Part shown: one piece after another, positions 9,568 to 18,965 of the stretch
How the letters are laid out: every line of letters starts with the position of its first letter
How positions within the stretch are numbered: the stretch's first letter is position 1
NCBI GenBank assembly: GCA_009859145.1
Contig: VRVR01000028.1
Span: 6,865-34,360 of the forward strand
Reading direction: 5' to 3'
Origin: Andalucia godoyi And28
Taxonomy: Eukaryota; Protista; Jakobida
Length of the DNA stretch: 27,496 nt
Translations under genes and position numbers: made by a program
The notes under the pieces: model-generated
Database searches by the model: none
What the model was told of the DNA's origin: nothing
The model's input: the letters and a program-made list of their open reading frames with translations, nothing else

Positions 9568-10108
9568 GGTGGTCACGGTGATCAGTGCACTGAACACAAC
9601 ACAGAGCGCGACTCGTAAAAGGTGATGATGAAACAAACAACTTGGGACAATGGGGACAATGCAAGTGCCCGCTTGATATGCTTCCTGAAGTTGCCCAGAA
9701 CTTTCCCGAAATCGGGATGACCACGTTTTGTCTCCAAAGCAAAAATGAGGCCAACAATCGGGAGTGATGCTAGAATTTCAAAACCTTTCCTTTAACTGAT
9801 GTTTGTGCATCTCGGCGCTCAGTTTCGTTTATCTACTTTCGTATCTATGTCCGCGGAATTGGAACGAAGCATTGGACGCCAGACTGCGGATTGGAGAATT
9901 TATTTCTCCGTTTTGTACCGTCTGCCGTTGTTCTTGTCCGTACGCCGTAACAGCTGTCTGCATTTAATTTTAAATGAAATTCTACAAAAGACAAAATCAA
10001 CGAACGCACTGCAGCTGCAAGACCTAGAAAACGTGAGTACCGGCGACTCGGAGATGAATGGAGTCGCTTGCTCTGAAGAAGCCTCGATTGAGCACCGATG
10101 AACCGTGA

Positions 10109-11804
10109 ATGACGGAGAAAATGATCCGATCAGTGCACGTGCGGCAAGAAAACAACAATAGGAAACCCGTTCACTTCTTCTCCGTCGGCTCCATGAAAAG
10201 GCTGCTCTCCGTCATCAAGGGCCTTGATAAACCGTCGAATTCGGACAGCAGATCGACTCTCATCCGAATCACTCCTGCTGACAAAAATAACGTGCAATAC
10301 GTTCTTTTCGTTCAATCTGATTCTCTTCAGATTCCGCTGTATGAAACTTTTCAATGCGCCTTCATGCGGCTCGTCCATCTGTTCATTACTGACTACTTTA
10401 GCAGGAAAGACTGGACTAACAGTGCGCATCATTCTGGAAAGACGAAATTCATCTGGGACATTTTCATTCTTGCTGCCGAGCGACCACAAACATACAGCGA
10501 AAGGTCTCGCACTGACGTCCGTCATTATTTTTCAAAAAAGACTGCACAGCAAAAAACAAATCGAAAACTGACGGAAACTCTGCTGCGGCGGGAGCTAAAG
10601 AAGGGAGTGACGTTGGAATGTTTCCGATGTGAACGGGCAAGCGAGTTGCCATGGTGGAGAATTGTCGGTCACGCGTCTGGAACATCATCGGTCAGCAATG
10701 TAGCAGTGCAAGAGATTTCTTTTCACCATCCATGCGAAGATTTCTCAATCTCTGCGATCAATCTGCTCATGATGCTTCCCGGCGGGCAACAGCAACCAGT
10801 CGAACTTGCGACGATTACACTCGTGGCGGAACGTGTTGTGGATCCCAAGGCATATGGGTTGTCTGTGCGTATCAAGTATTCCAGAGGCGTTGGTCCAATC
10901 CGTGTGGTTCCGGACCCCGTTTCTTTCGTCCTCGAGCACACTGTGTACCCGGGTCGCGTCAGGAACATGGCTCCCGATCCGAGGAAGAAACGAGTCGCAC
11001 GCGGGTTTGATCAATGGCGCTCTCGGCTGGTGTATACGCGCGCCCCGCGATCCAGATCGAATAAAGTACAATCGATTCCGACGATCCGCATGATCGACAG
11101 GAATCTGCTTCGACAAGCACAGACGAAGCTGAGCCCGGAAACGGTGGCGCTTGCCAAGTCGGCGGTGAAGATTGACAATCATGCGAGTGTGTTCCGTCTG
11201 CTTTCGGAACTTGCGCTGCTGGGTTCGTCGCAGGCTCTCCGGCGATTTGATGTCGCATCCGTTCTGCTAAGCCTGCTGCCCAGTCATGGCTGCGATGAGC
11301 CTCGTGCGCGAGTGAATGTGGGCCCGGAGCTGATCAAAAACAAGAGATTCAAGCTGCATCCTGGACTCGGAGCGGCCATCTCGTTCGCTGAAGCCACCGC
11401 ATCGTCGCATGCGTATCTGACGTTTGTTTAACTGACTGTAGCGATGCATACGGGATTAAGACGCAGATGGTCAGGTCGTATCGTGCACATCCAATGTTGA
11501 TGCAAGTTCCCAACAAGCTCTTCTACAAGGGCACACTCCAGACCGTTCCGCCGTCATCACGGTGAACTACTTGCTCAGCATTCATCGGTCCGAAGTAGCA
11601 CATCGGGAACAACACTCTCGCTTGAACGGTGATGTGGAAAGAAGCGTGTCGACCACGACCCTGGGCGTGATTTCACCGTATGCCGCACAGGTTGTGAGGC
11701 GCAAAGAATTGTGCGCAAGTGAGTCGGTGTTGCGGAACTGCGCAGAGCTTACGAAGTCTGTACGTGTTGCGGCAGGATTGTCGTTTGATGGTCATGGCTT
11801 TTGA
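10109..11804 (+). pseudogene. Decayed or internally deleted MOV10/SDE3 (Upf1-like SF1B) RNA helicase-like gene
   Basis: The 440-aa ORF ends with NHASVFRLL...LRRFDVASV (cf. SDE3/MOV10 NY..YF..LL..EE....R.YDM..V). Frame 1 at 11473-11541 gives RSYRAHPMLMQVPNKLFYKGTL (cf. RNYRSHP.IL..PN.LFY...L). Frame 3 at 11661-11693 gives LGVISPYAAQV. Walker A/B and motif VI were not found, and the pieces lie in three frames. Confidence 0.55.
11413..11441 (+). other. Candidate 29-nt spliceosomal intron
   Basis: GTATCTGACGTTTGTTTAACTGACTGTAG has GT...AG ends and a CTGAC branch-like motif. Removing it deletes the TAA stop of the 440-aa ORF and joins it in frame to DAYGIKTQMVRSYRAHP. Confidence 0.3.
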
Positions 11805-11860
11805 GAGCGAGATGGGGTTTACTGACGAAAGTGCATGCTACATGTGTAATTCACTACCTT

Positions 11861-12412
11861 TCACACTTCAGAGAATTCATTCCGAGCCAGCAACAACTGG
11901 TACTGGTCTGGGTTCAGCAAGAACCATTCAGTTCCTGCTCCCTGCACTGCAGGACGAGGACCGATGTCGGATAACCAGCGGTGCAGGGTTGATTCTCTTG
12001 TAAATGCGTTAGGAAACTCTCGCGACGTTCGCATCAGCACCATCCTCCACGGACTGCCGGTCTGCAAGACTGCCACGCGTAAATCCGGACGCAGAGACTT
12101 TCCTACTTTGGCCCAAATTATGCTATTAGCAACTTCCATTTCCAACGCGATAACGTAAACTCGTCCGCGAGGAGAAATATCCCTACGAAACATTATCAAG
12201 GCGGTCAAATCTTGGGCAATTTGATGTCTAGGAACAAGTGGATCCGATGCAGCAGATATGAAAGCATGAACAATTCCATGCTCGGAGGTCACTGGTTTTT
12301 CATTTCTTTGAAGACGTGGCGTCTTCCATTCTCGTTTTAACTGTTGTCGTTCGTTGTAATTTCTGCAACACATGATTACGATTGGAATAGTCAGAAATCG
12401 TACACACTGCAT
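11861..12412 (-). CDS. T5orf172/MUG113-family GIY-YIG nuclease domain protein
   Basis: GRVYVIA...WAKVGKSLRPDLRVAVLQTGSPW...FTRESTLHRWL...GTEWFLL matches the family pattern G.VY.I...KIG.S..P..R...LQTG.P...E..LH..L...EWF. Confidence 0.8.
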   Translation of the reverse strand: MQCVRFLTIPIVIMCCRNYNERQQLKREWKTPRLQRNEKPVTSEHGIVHAFISAASDPLVPRHQIAQDLTALIMFRRDISPRGRVYVIALEMEVANSIIWAKVGKSLRPDLRVAVLQTGSPWRMVLMRTSREFPNAFTRESTLHRWLSDIGPRPAVQGAGTEWFLLNPDQYQLLLARNEFSEV

Positions 12413-12598
12413 GTCAGTGAGATTTCTTCTTGTTCCCTCACGGCATCACGACGAATAAACACAAACTGCACTACATAAGACATTGGAAAAATTCATTTGA
12501 TGATGCAAGCTTTCAGCCATTCACACGGTGAAGTACGTACAACGAATTGCGGACAACCATTTCGCCATTAGAAACTGAAGAATATCTGAACAACCTTG

Positions 12599-15500
12599 CT
12601 ACTCGTACAACCCGGGGAGAACACTGCAGAACAGGAACTGCGCGGCGAACAGAGCGCTAGTGAAGGAAGCATATGGCTTTGCAGCGTCCGTTCGCGATCC
12701 TGCGAAGTCCATCACTGCCTTTTGGAACAAGAAGATTGGTTTCCTGGGTTCATTCTCAATCGCCTTGGCAATTCCAACGCCTTCCATCTCGATGGCACGC
12801 AGCTTGCGGGATGCGGTATCTCTGCGCAGCTGGTCCCATCCTGCTTTGTTTTGGAGATCCTCCTTGACATGGTCCACTGCACAACCTATGGAACCGGTCA
12901 GTGCATTGGCCTTGATTGGGATACCATTTGTGTTGGAATTCAGCATCTTGCCATACGTAGAGGAAGCCGCAATGAACGTCGCTATGCCAGAAGATGGATC
13001 CTCGATCTTTGCATTCCACACGCTCACTGTGTTGGAGATCAGTGCTTGGAGATTCGCACCCGGCGCAGAATTCAGGGTGATCCTTTCAATGTCGAATTTC
13101 ATGCCTTCGTGCGTCGCCTTGCCTCGTGTCACACTAAACACATCCGTTGCCACAACGACGGTCCCGAAGCCAATGTCATTGTATCCCGGATACCCAGCAC
13201 AAACACCCGAGACAAGGACGTGCGACGGCTTGAAATGCAGCAGTAACTGGGGCACGACTACCGCAAAATGAACTGATCCTTGGACGTCGCCAAAGTTGAT
13301 GTGATGCAGCCGGTACACTTCCGTATTGCCGCGACCCTTGTTTCGGAAAATGAACGTCTGGATCTCCAATGGATGAACTTGATCCTCGGAGAGCTTCGCA
13401 CTGGCCTCTACGCACTCCACAGACACGTGGGTGGGGTCTAAGAGGTCTGCCAAGACGGGATTCTCGTTCCCGCACAGCGATTCCAAGAGCCGGTTCCGAG
13501 TTGCTCCTGAAACCTTCTTCGCTGCCTTTCCAATGTCGCACAGCTGGATGAATGCAACTTTGAAGGCTGTGCCCTCTTCAGGTGTTACAGTTAGAATAAT
13601 GCCAACGCCGGGCGACAATCGAGCAGGCTGTGCAGGCGGCACGCTTGAGGACGCAGATCCATGCGACGTGGGCGCTTGGGAAGCAACACGGGTAGGAATA
13701 CTCGCAGCAGGCGGAAAGAGAATGGCGTTGACTTCTGCTAGAACAGCGGGATACTGAGACAGAAATTGGTGGAAACGCGGAAGTGCATCCTCATGCTTTG
13801 GGTTCAGAACAATCTTTTTCATCCACTTTTTCACCGCTTGTTCTCGATCGTCCATCTCCAGCAAGGTGTCCGACTGACCAGGGCTAATGTTGTACAAGGC
13901 ATGTACTGCATTCTTGAAGACTGCATCATAATGCCTCACAAAGTACCTGAGGAAAGGAATCAGCTGCGCATCAAAGGCAGCTATGAATTCAGTTCGCGTG
14001 CGGGATGACAAAGATGGACCACGAGCAAACTCGCTCTGAGTGACAGAAGTGGCGACTAGCTCACACGAGAGCACGGATCTGGACATCGGATCCTCATTCA
14101 GAAACGCAGTCAACAATTCAAACATATCTGGTACACCCGTCGCATGAGGGGAAGACAAGGTATCAAAATGGAAAATGGAAGAGGCTCCTTTCTCACGATC
14201 AAGACGGATTCTGCACCTCAAGGAACTAGCAGGACGACAAACGATTACATCAAGCCCCAGTGCCGGGGGGGAATTAAGAGAGATGTTAGGATACAGACCC
14301 CGCTTTCCAAGGAATGTGATGAACCGCCAGAAATGCAGATCGGTCACCACTCCGTCGTACATTCCAGCCAAGACTCCGCATCCGATACATCGAACTGAAA
14401 GTGAAACCGGAGTAGCGGCAGCAGTGTTGGAGCATATCGACGTCCAGCGAATACCAAGCGTAACCGGAGCGTGTGTGTGCGGATCGCAGTGACGGTGCCA
14501 CTGTGGGAAGTACACAAGTTTGGATTCTTGGTCCATCGGAACAACAACACCAAGCGTGACGAGCATCGCAAGAACCTGTTCCGCAACCAACCTGTGAGAA
14601 TCAACAGGGCAAATCTTGTTAACAAGAAGATATCCTTCCATAATACCTTTCGCTGTTTCATACTGGATAATACCCGCATACTCCAACAAATCCTTGTAGA
14701 TAACCCTTTTGCTATGACCAACATGCAGCAGTCCGCCCTTTCCATCCGTCGGCGGAATTAGTTGAGCACACGTACGGATGAAGACATCCGGTCGCAACAC
14801 GATCATGTGTCCATCCGACGAACAGGCAAAGAAACATCCGAGCGCGACTAGATCATCAAAACCTTCCTTAATCTCATCTGGCGTCATGCCCAAGGCAGCG
14901 ATTCCTGGTATCCGAACGCTGATCTGATCGACAGCAAGTACCACATCCTTACAATCCCTGCACATCTGCTCGAGAACAAGGTTACGTAGGAGAACCTTTG
15001 GCAGTCGACGATGGAATTCTTCAATCTCCTTGGACAGCCACTCCATCATTGGTTTCTGGCCGTTCTTCCGCTGACGACTGTCTTTTTCGACAACGATGAA
15101 CCATCGATCGTCGGAGAACTGTTGAACTTCAAAGAACGCTTTGAACTGAGGTTGCACGAGAACCTTTCCCAAGCACGAATTGCACGCATCCAGAAACGTC
15201 TTCTGCCAGTCCCATTCGAGAGAGGAAAGAAAACTACGAACCTTGTCCCACAAAGATGCAGCATACGAGTTTCCATGCGTGCCGATGAGCACCACCTTCG
15301 ACATCAATTTCTCTTCTTTGGTCGCATTGCACGCGCCAACATTGGCAATGATGCGCAGCCACGAAAAGATGTTACTCTCGATTGCCTTCTCCAGTGTCCC
15401 GGTCTGATGGGCGGCATACAGATCGCGTAGGCTAAACACGCAAAAGTACAGAGATTGCTTGCCGAAGAAGAGCGGATCAAACACGCGAAACACGTTCTGA

Positions 15501-16519
15501 CCTGCAAAATCGAGAATACTCACCGACAGCGTATCTTTCTCCAGATCTGTCAATACTCGAGAGGCGACGTTGATGCGTTCACGAGCAGTGACTGTTTCGC
15601 GAGCAACATTCGGCGATGGTGGAGATGCGGAAGCAGATGGCTCTTGAATCGCAGTAGTCGCACTCATTAAATCATCAACTTGCGCTGACGCTGGCCCGAT
15701 CACGGGTGATTCCCCTGTGCTCGGTTGGGGGGTGGAGGAACCATCAGTATTTCGGAGTGGCGTTCTGGTCTCTTGTTCCCTATTCGCGACGTGTCGCTGC
15801 ACCATTCGCTTCAACAGCGTTGTTCCAATGCTCGTTGTGGTGTCGGTCCACACATGCTTCCGGATCGGTATCTCCAGCGTTCGCACATCACCCACTTCCG
15901 TGGAATTCTCCGTTGGATCAAATTCTGTCCCACCAGACGAGAGGTTCTTGATCAAGCTCGTCTTTCCCACCCGTGCATTTCCAACCACCAGCAGACGCAA
16001 GCGCGACGGCCCAACCCATACGCTATCATCAATTTCGATGTTGGAAATATCAATCTGCATATCTGTGAAGTTGGGAACTGGAAATGAAAGCGGTCGGATG
16101 TCTCCGAGATCTTCCAACAGAGATCGATTGGATGGCGCAGTCGTGATTGCTTCCAGAGGAGCCACAACCTGTTCGCCCACAAGATACTCGGCAGACATGA
16201 ACCGCAGGTCGAACACGGATTTTGAAATGGAAGACGATATTGCGCGGTAACGGGCACTCACAGAACAATCAGCCTCAGGAATGAGATGCAGGATTTCTGT
16301 GGAACCGTCATCGTTGCCTTCTACAACAAGAATGCGATGGCCAACTCGCACAGCGGAGCAACAACATCTTGGAATCGTCAAACTCGGACCATCAATCCAC
16401 CTGTCCATTCGAGGTTCGTAAATCTCGACAGTATCAGTTCCAATACCTCCAATTGCATAGATCAAGCCATGGACAATGACTGCAGAGTGCGAAAAACGTT
16501 GCGCGTTCATCGATGACAC
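12599..16519 (-). CDS. ROCO protein: Kelch repeats-Roc GTPase-COR-helical domain-PNP_UDP_1 (MTA/SAH nucleosidase / ATP-nucleosidase-like) effector; downstream part of a gene starting at 17149
   Basis: 1306-aa ORF. Kelch (IYAIGG...VEIYEPRMDRW); P-loop GNARVGKTS (15956-15982); G3 DFAGQ (15497-15511); G4-like IGTHG (~15272-15286); COR-like LVALGCFF...IVLRPDVF. PNP motifs GIILTVTPEE, PSHVLVSGVCAG, GTVVVATDV, IEMEG (EME 12782-12790) and KAVMDFA...PYASFTSALFA. Confidence 0.92.
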   Translation of the reverse strand: MSSMNAQRFSHSAVIVHGLIYAIGGIGTDTVEIYEPRMDRWIDGPSLTIPRCCCSAVRVGHRILVVEGNDDGSTEILHLIPEADCSVSARYRAISSSISKSVFDLRFMSAEYLVGEQVVAPLEAITTAPSNRSLLEDLGDIRPLSFPVPNFTDMQIDISNIEIDDSVWVGPSRLRLLVVGNARVGKTSLIKNLSSGGTEFDPTENSTEVGDVRTLEIPIRKHVWTDTTTSIGTTLLKRMVQRHVANREQETRTPLRNTDGSSTPQPSTGESPVIGPASAQVDDLMSATTAIQEPSASASPPSPNVARETVTARERINVASRVLTDLEKDTLSVSILDFAGQNVFRVFDPLFFGKQSLYFCVFSLRDLYAAHQTGTLEKAIESNIFSWLRIIANVGACNATKEEKLMSKVVLIGTHGNSYAASLWDKVRSFLSSLEWDWQKTFLDACNSCLGKVLVQPQFKAFFEVQQFSDDRWFIVVEKDSRQRKNGQKPMMEWLSKEIEEFHRRLPKVLLRNLVLEQMCRDCKDVVLAVDQISVRIPGIAALGMTPDEIKEGFDDLVALGCFFACSSDGHMIVLRPDVFIRTCAQLIPPTDGKGGLLHVGHSKRVIYKDLLEYAGIIQYETAKGIMEGYLLVNKICPVDSHRLVAEQVLAMLVTLGVVVPMDQESKLVYFPQWHRHCDPHTHAPVTLGIRWTSICSNTAAATPVSLSVRCIGCGVLAGMYDGVVTDLHFWRFITFLGKRGLYPNISLNSPPALGLDVIVCRPASSLRCRIRLDREKGASSIFHFDTLSSPHATGVPDMFELLTAFLNEDPMSRSVLSCELVATSVTQSEFARGPSLSSRTRTEFIAAFDAQLIPFLRYFVRHYDAVFKNAVHALYNISPGQSDTLLEMDDREQAVKKWMKKIVLNPKHEDALPRFHQFLSQYPAVLAEVNAILFPPAASIPTRVASQAPTSHGSASSSVPPAQPARLSPGVGIILTVTPEEGTAFKVAFIQLCDIGKAAKKVSGATRNRLLESLCGNENPVLADLLDPTHVSVECVEASAKLSEDQVHPLEIQTFIFRNKGRGNTEVYRLHHINFGDVQGSVHFAVVVPQLLLHFKPSHVLVSGVCAGYPGYNDIGFGTVVVATDVFSVTRGKATHEGMKFDIERITLNSAPGANLQALISNTVSVWNAKIEDPSSGIATFIAASSTYGKMLNSNTNGIPIKANALTGSIGCAVDHVKEDLQNKAGWDQLRRDTASRKLRAIEMEGVGIAKAIENEPRKPIFLFQKAVMDFAGSRTDAAKPYASFTSALFAAQFLFCSVLPGLYE

Positions 16520-16549
16520 GTCCGACCACCTACCTTCCCGAGGATCACA

Positions 16550-17149
16550 TCATTCAACACTTCGCAAGAAATGCAGTTTGGAACGACCACCAGTCGCAGA
16601 AATACAATTATTTGTAGGATCCGCGACAGCCGCAAACAACGATCTTGATCGTTTCATTGAATGTGTTTCAGGAAACCATTGATCAGTCTGCGGATCGTAT
16701 GTCTTGACGGAAGAAAGATGGGTCCTATTCGAAATTCCGCCGAGCACGAAAATCCTTTCATTCAAGCAAACTGCACAATGGTTGTCTTGAAAAATGCTTA
16801 ACTTGGAAGGCAGAGGTGACCAACTTTCATCTGCGCCATTTCTGAGAACATGCACAGAATCTTCTCGAATGCAGAAAATGCCTCTATCACGTAAAACAGT
16901 TGAAACAGAATACGGAAAAGCACCGTTCAATGCAGGTCCACGCCTCCAACGCAATTCCGGAACATCTGTATCGAGCACTTCGACCTGCCGATTGCAATCA
17001 ATTGCATAAATTTGACCATTTGGCTTAACAACTGCAGTGCAATAGCTTTGAATATTTTGTAATCGCAGTCCCGGCAGCCAAACTCCATGAGAATCATCTC
17101 TTCGGTTGATGGCTTCCCATTGCTCCTCCAAATTCCCACTCATCGCCAT
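16550..17149 (-). CDS. N-terminal Kelch-repeat segment of the ROCO gene, in frame with 12599-16519 and separated from it by a single TGA
   Basis: Kelch motifs (QIYAID, RWRRGPAL, RIFVLGG...SVKTYDPQTDQW). Translation across the stop reads FLRSVE*CDPREGRWSDVSSMNAQRFSHSAV, which is one continuous Kelch repeat. Confidence 0.85.
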   Translation of the reverse strand: MAMSGNLEEQWEAINRRDDSHGVWLPGLRLQNIQSYCTAVVKPNGQIYAIDCNRQVEVLDTDVPELRWRRGPALNGAFPYSVSTVLRDRGIFCIREDSVHVLRNGADESWSPLPSKLSIFQDNHCAVCLNERIFVLGGISNRTHLSSVKTYDPQTDQWFPETHSMKRSRSLFAAVADPTNNCISATGGRSKLHFLRSVE

Positions 17150-17560
17150 GGCTCCAAAACTGCAAAATCAACGTCAATCCGTCTCGCTGCTGAGTGTGTG
17201 AATCTTCCAAGAGAAAGAATTAGAGCTCTCTCCTTCGGTGGGAATAACCCGAAGGCTCGATTCATCAAGTCAATGATACTTTGCAACAATGAGAATAGCC
17301 ATTCATTTTGCTAACTTCAGAAGCCAAGACTTCAAATGTGAAGGAGCGTCTTAATGACGACTGCCATCCGCTGACCTTCGGCGGTTCTCCCTCACGTCCG
17401 CGGGTTCTACTCTGCTCAGACGTGCCAAAATCCTTGAGCACGTCACGATTGCATCAACACATCCCTTGAAAATGAATTGCACCTTGCTCGTTGCCATCTT
17501 GATAATTTTTTTAATTTTCCCAACTTCACACACCCGCATGCATATTTCCTCATTAGCAAA

Positions 17561-18580
17561 ATGGGCATCTTGGCGGAAAAAGCATCCAACCCTCGTCGCT
17601 GGAATCGGACCGACACGGTGAAGGCGATCAAGATTCTAGTCGTTCTTGCATGGACGGTTGTTCTGTGCGCCACGTTTCGCTCTCTGAACTGCGTCTATGC
17701 GGACCAGCAAGATAACGTTGGAGGTGGAAGCTCGACGAACGGGCCAACAGGGTCATGGTGCTGGATAAGGGGGTCGTCCCTCGAGTCGGAACTGGATGCC
17801 TTGAGATCGCACGGTTACTCGGACATCCTTGTCACGAATGGGAAAGTTCCTCTTTCCGGGTTCTACTATTTTCAATGGCAGTGGGTTACTCTGGTCACCG
17901 TGCTGTACGCCGCGATTTCTCATGTCGCAACGAGGATCATGGAAATCAAGGACTATGTCAGCTTCGGATATTGGTATCACAGAATCATTTTTATTGCAGG
18001 GGGACTGATCGCCTCCGTGCTCAAAATGTGTTTTGACGGAATCAACTCTGAACTAAACCAACGGACTGTGTATCTAACCTCAAGCAATTTACCAGGGTTT
18101 GTGTTGGCTGTGAAGTCAGCGGCAGACTGTGCAAGTCGGTCCTTCTGTGTTCAAGCCGATTTCTCTGATGCCGGATTACCAAGCACAAATCTTCTTGTTT
18201 TGGCAATCCTACTAGCCCTCCTTTCCACATCATATATATGGGCCTCCATTTTGAATGCTTTTTGCTGCTGTTGTGTCGACAAAGGCACCTCTTATCTGCA
18301 GGTGTTGATTCTCCAACTGAACGTTTTGCTGAGCATCATCATTGCCGGAGGTGTGGTTCTGATTGTGGTCATGTGGGACGACATGGACTACATTTTTCAA
18401 TTTCCGAAATTCTCGCCTCAGGTATACTTGGGGTTTGGCGTAATGGGGTTTCTGGATGCTTTTGCAGACACACTGCTGCTGTTTAATTGGTCGTGTGCAC
18501 GTTCGAAACGATCACATACATCACACCTTCCAACAGCAGATCCGTTTGCCACTTCGGATGCGGTGTATTACAGGCTGTGA
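17561..18580 (+). CDS. Multi-pass (about 7 TM) membrane protein with a GSWCWI motif, weakly cAMP-receptor/GCR1-like GPCR
   Basis: 339 aa from the first ATG (ORF open from 17477). Six strong and one weak hydrophobic segment. LAWTVV...GPTGSWCWIRG. Confidence 0.75.
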   Translation: MGILAEKASNPRRWNRTDTVKAIKILVVLAWTVVLCATFRSLNCVYADQQDNVGGGSSTNGPTGSWCWIRGSSLESELDALRSHGYSDILVTNGKVPLSGFYYFQWQWVTLVTVLYAAISHVATRIMEIKDYVSFGYWYHRIIFIAGGLIASVLKMCFDGINSELNQRTVYLTSSNLPGFVLAVKSAADCASRSFCVQADFSDAGLPSTNLLVLAILLALLSTSYIWASILNAFCCCCVDKGTSYLQVLILQLNVLLSIIIAGGVVLIVVMWDDMDYIFQFPKFSPQVYLGFGVMGFLDAFADTLLLFNWSCARSKRSHTSHLPTADPFATSDAVYYRL

Positions 18581-18965
18581 CTATGAAACGACAGAAGAAG
18601 AATTCATGAACGCAATCCAGTGTCAGATGCGGTGCTGCAATGTCTACCCAGAATCGGTATGAAACAAGAATTAGTGTGTCTGCTTAGCTGCAGTCATTCA
18701 TTCATGTGAGCAGCACTCCCAAGCGTTGCATCTGGAGACTGCCATTGAGAGAGAGCCATTTATTTGACTGGTTGATTTCCTCTGTCAAAGCAGCTCCAGG
18801 TTGATACATTCCTGTTGTCAATGACGACAACAGTATCGAAAATGAAGGGCCTTTTCTGTTCTTTGAAGAGTTTGTACCTTTCAGCATTCACCCGGCTGCC
18901 TCTTCAACCCCTGGTTAGCCAACATCCCTCGAATACGCAAGGTAACAAGTTGTGTCCAACGACAC

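Noticed and set aside
10433-10444. SGKT in the 440-aa ORF as a helicase Walker A
   Set aside because: It lacks the G/A-x4-GK(S/T) spacing and preceding hydrophobic strand, and lies N-terminal to where the MOV10 Walker A should be.
5744-12412. Endogenous giant virus or mobile element (T5orf172, MORN and DUF4258-like genes occur in large DNA viruses)
   Set aside because: No capsid, packaging ATPase, polymerase, primase, integrase or transposase was recognised, and there are no terminal repeats or obvious compositional boundary.
16550-16552. Non-standard genetic code with TGA as a sense codon
   Set aside because: ORFs of 1306, 939, 479 and 459 codons contain no in-frame TGA, and TGA ends the DUF1917 gene at the expected family C-terminus.
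12596-16682. Numerous plus-strand ORFs of 60-216 aa over the ROCO gene (likewise over 22206-24857 and other long genes)
   Set aside because: Antisense shadow ORFs of real genes, with no domain motifs.
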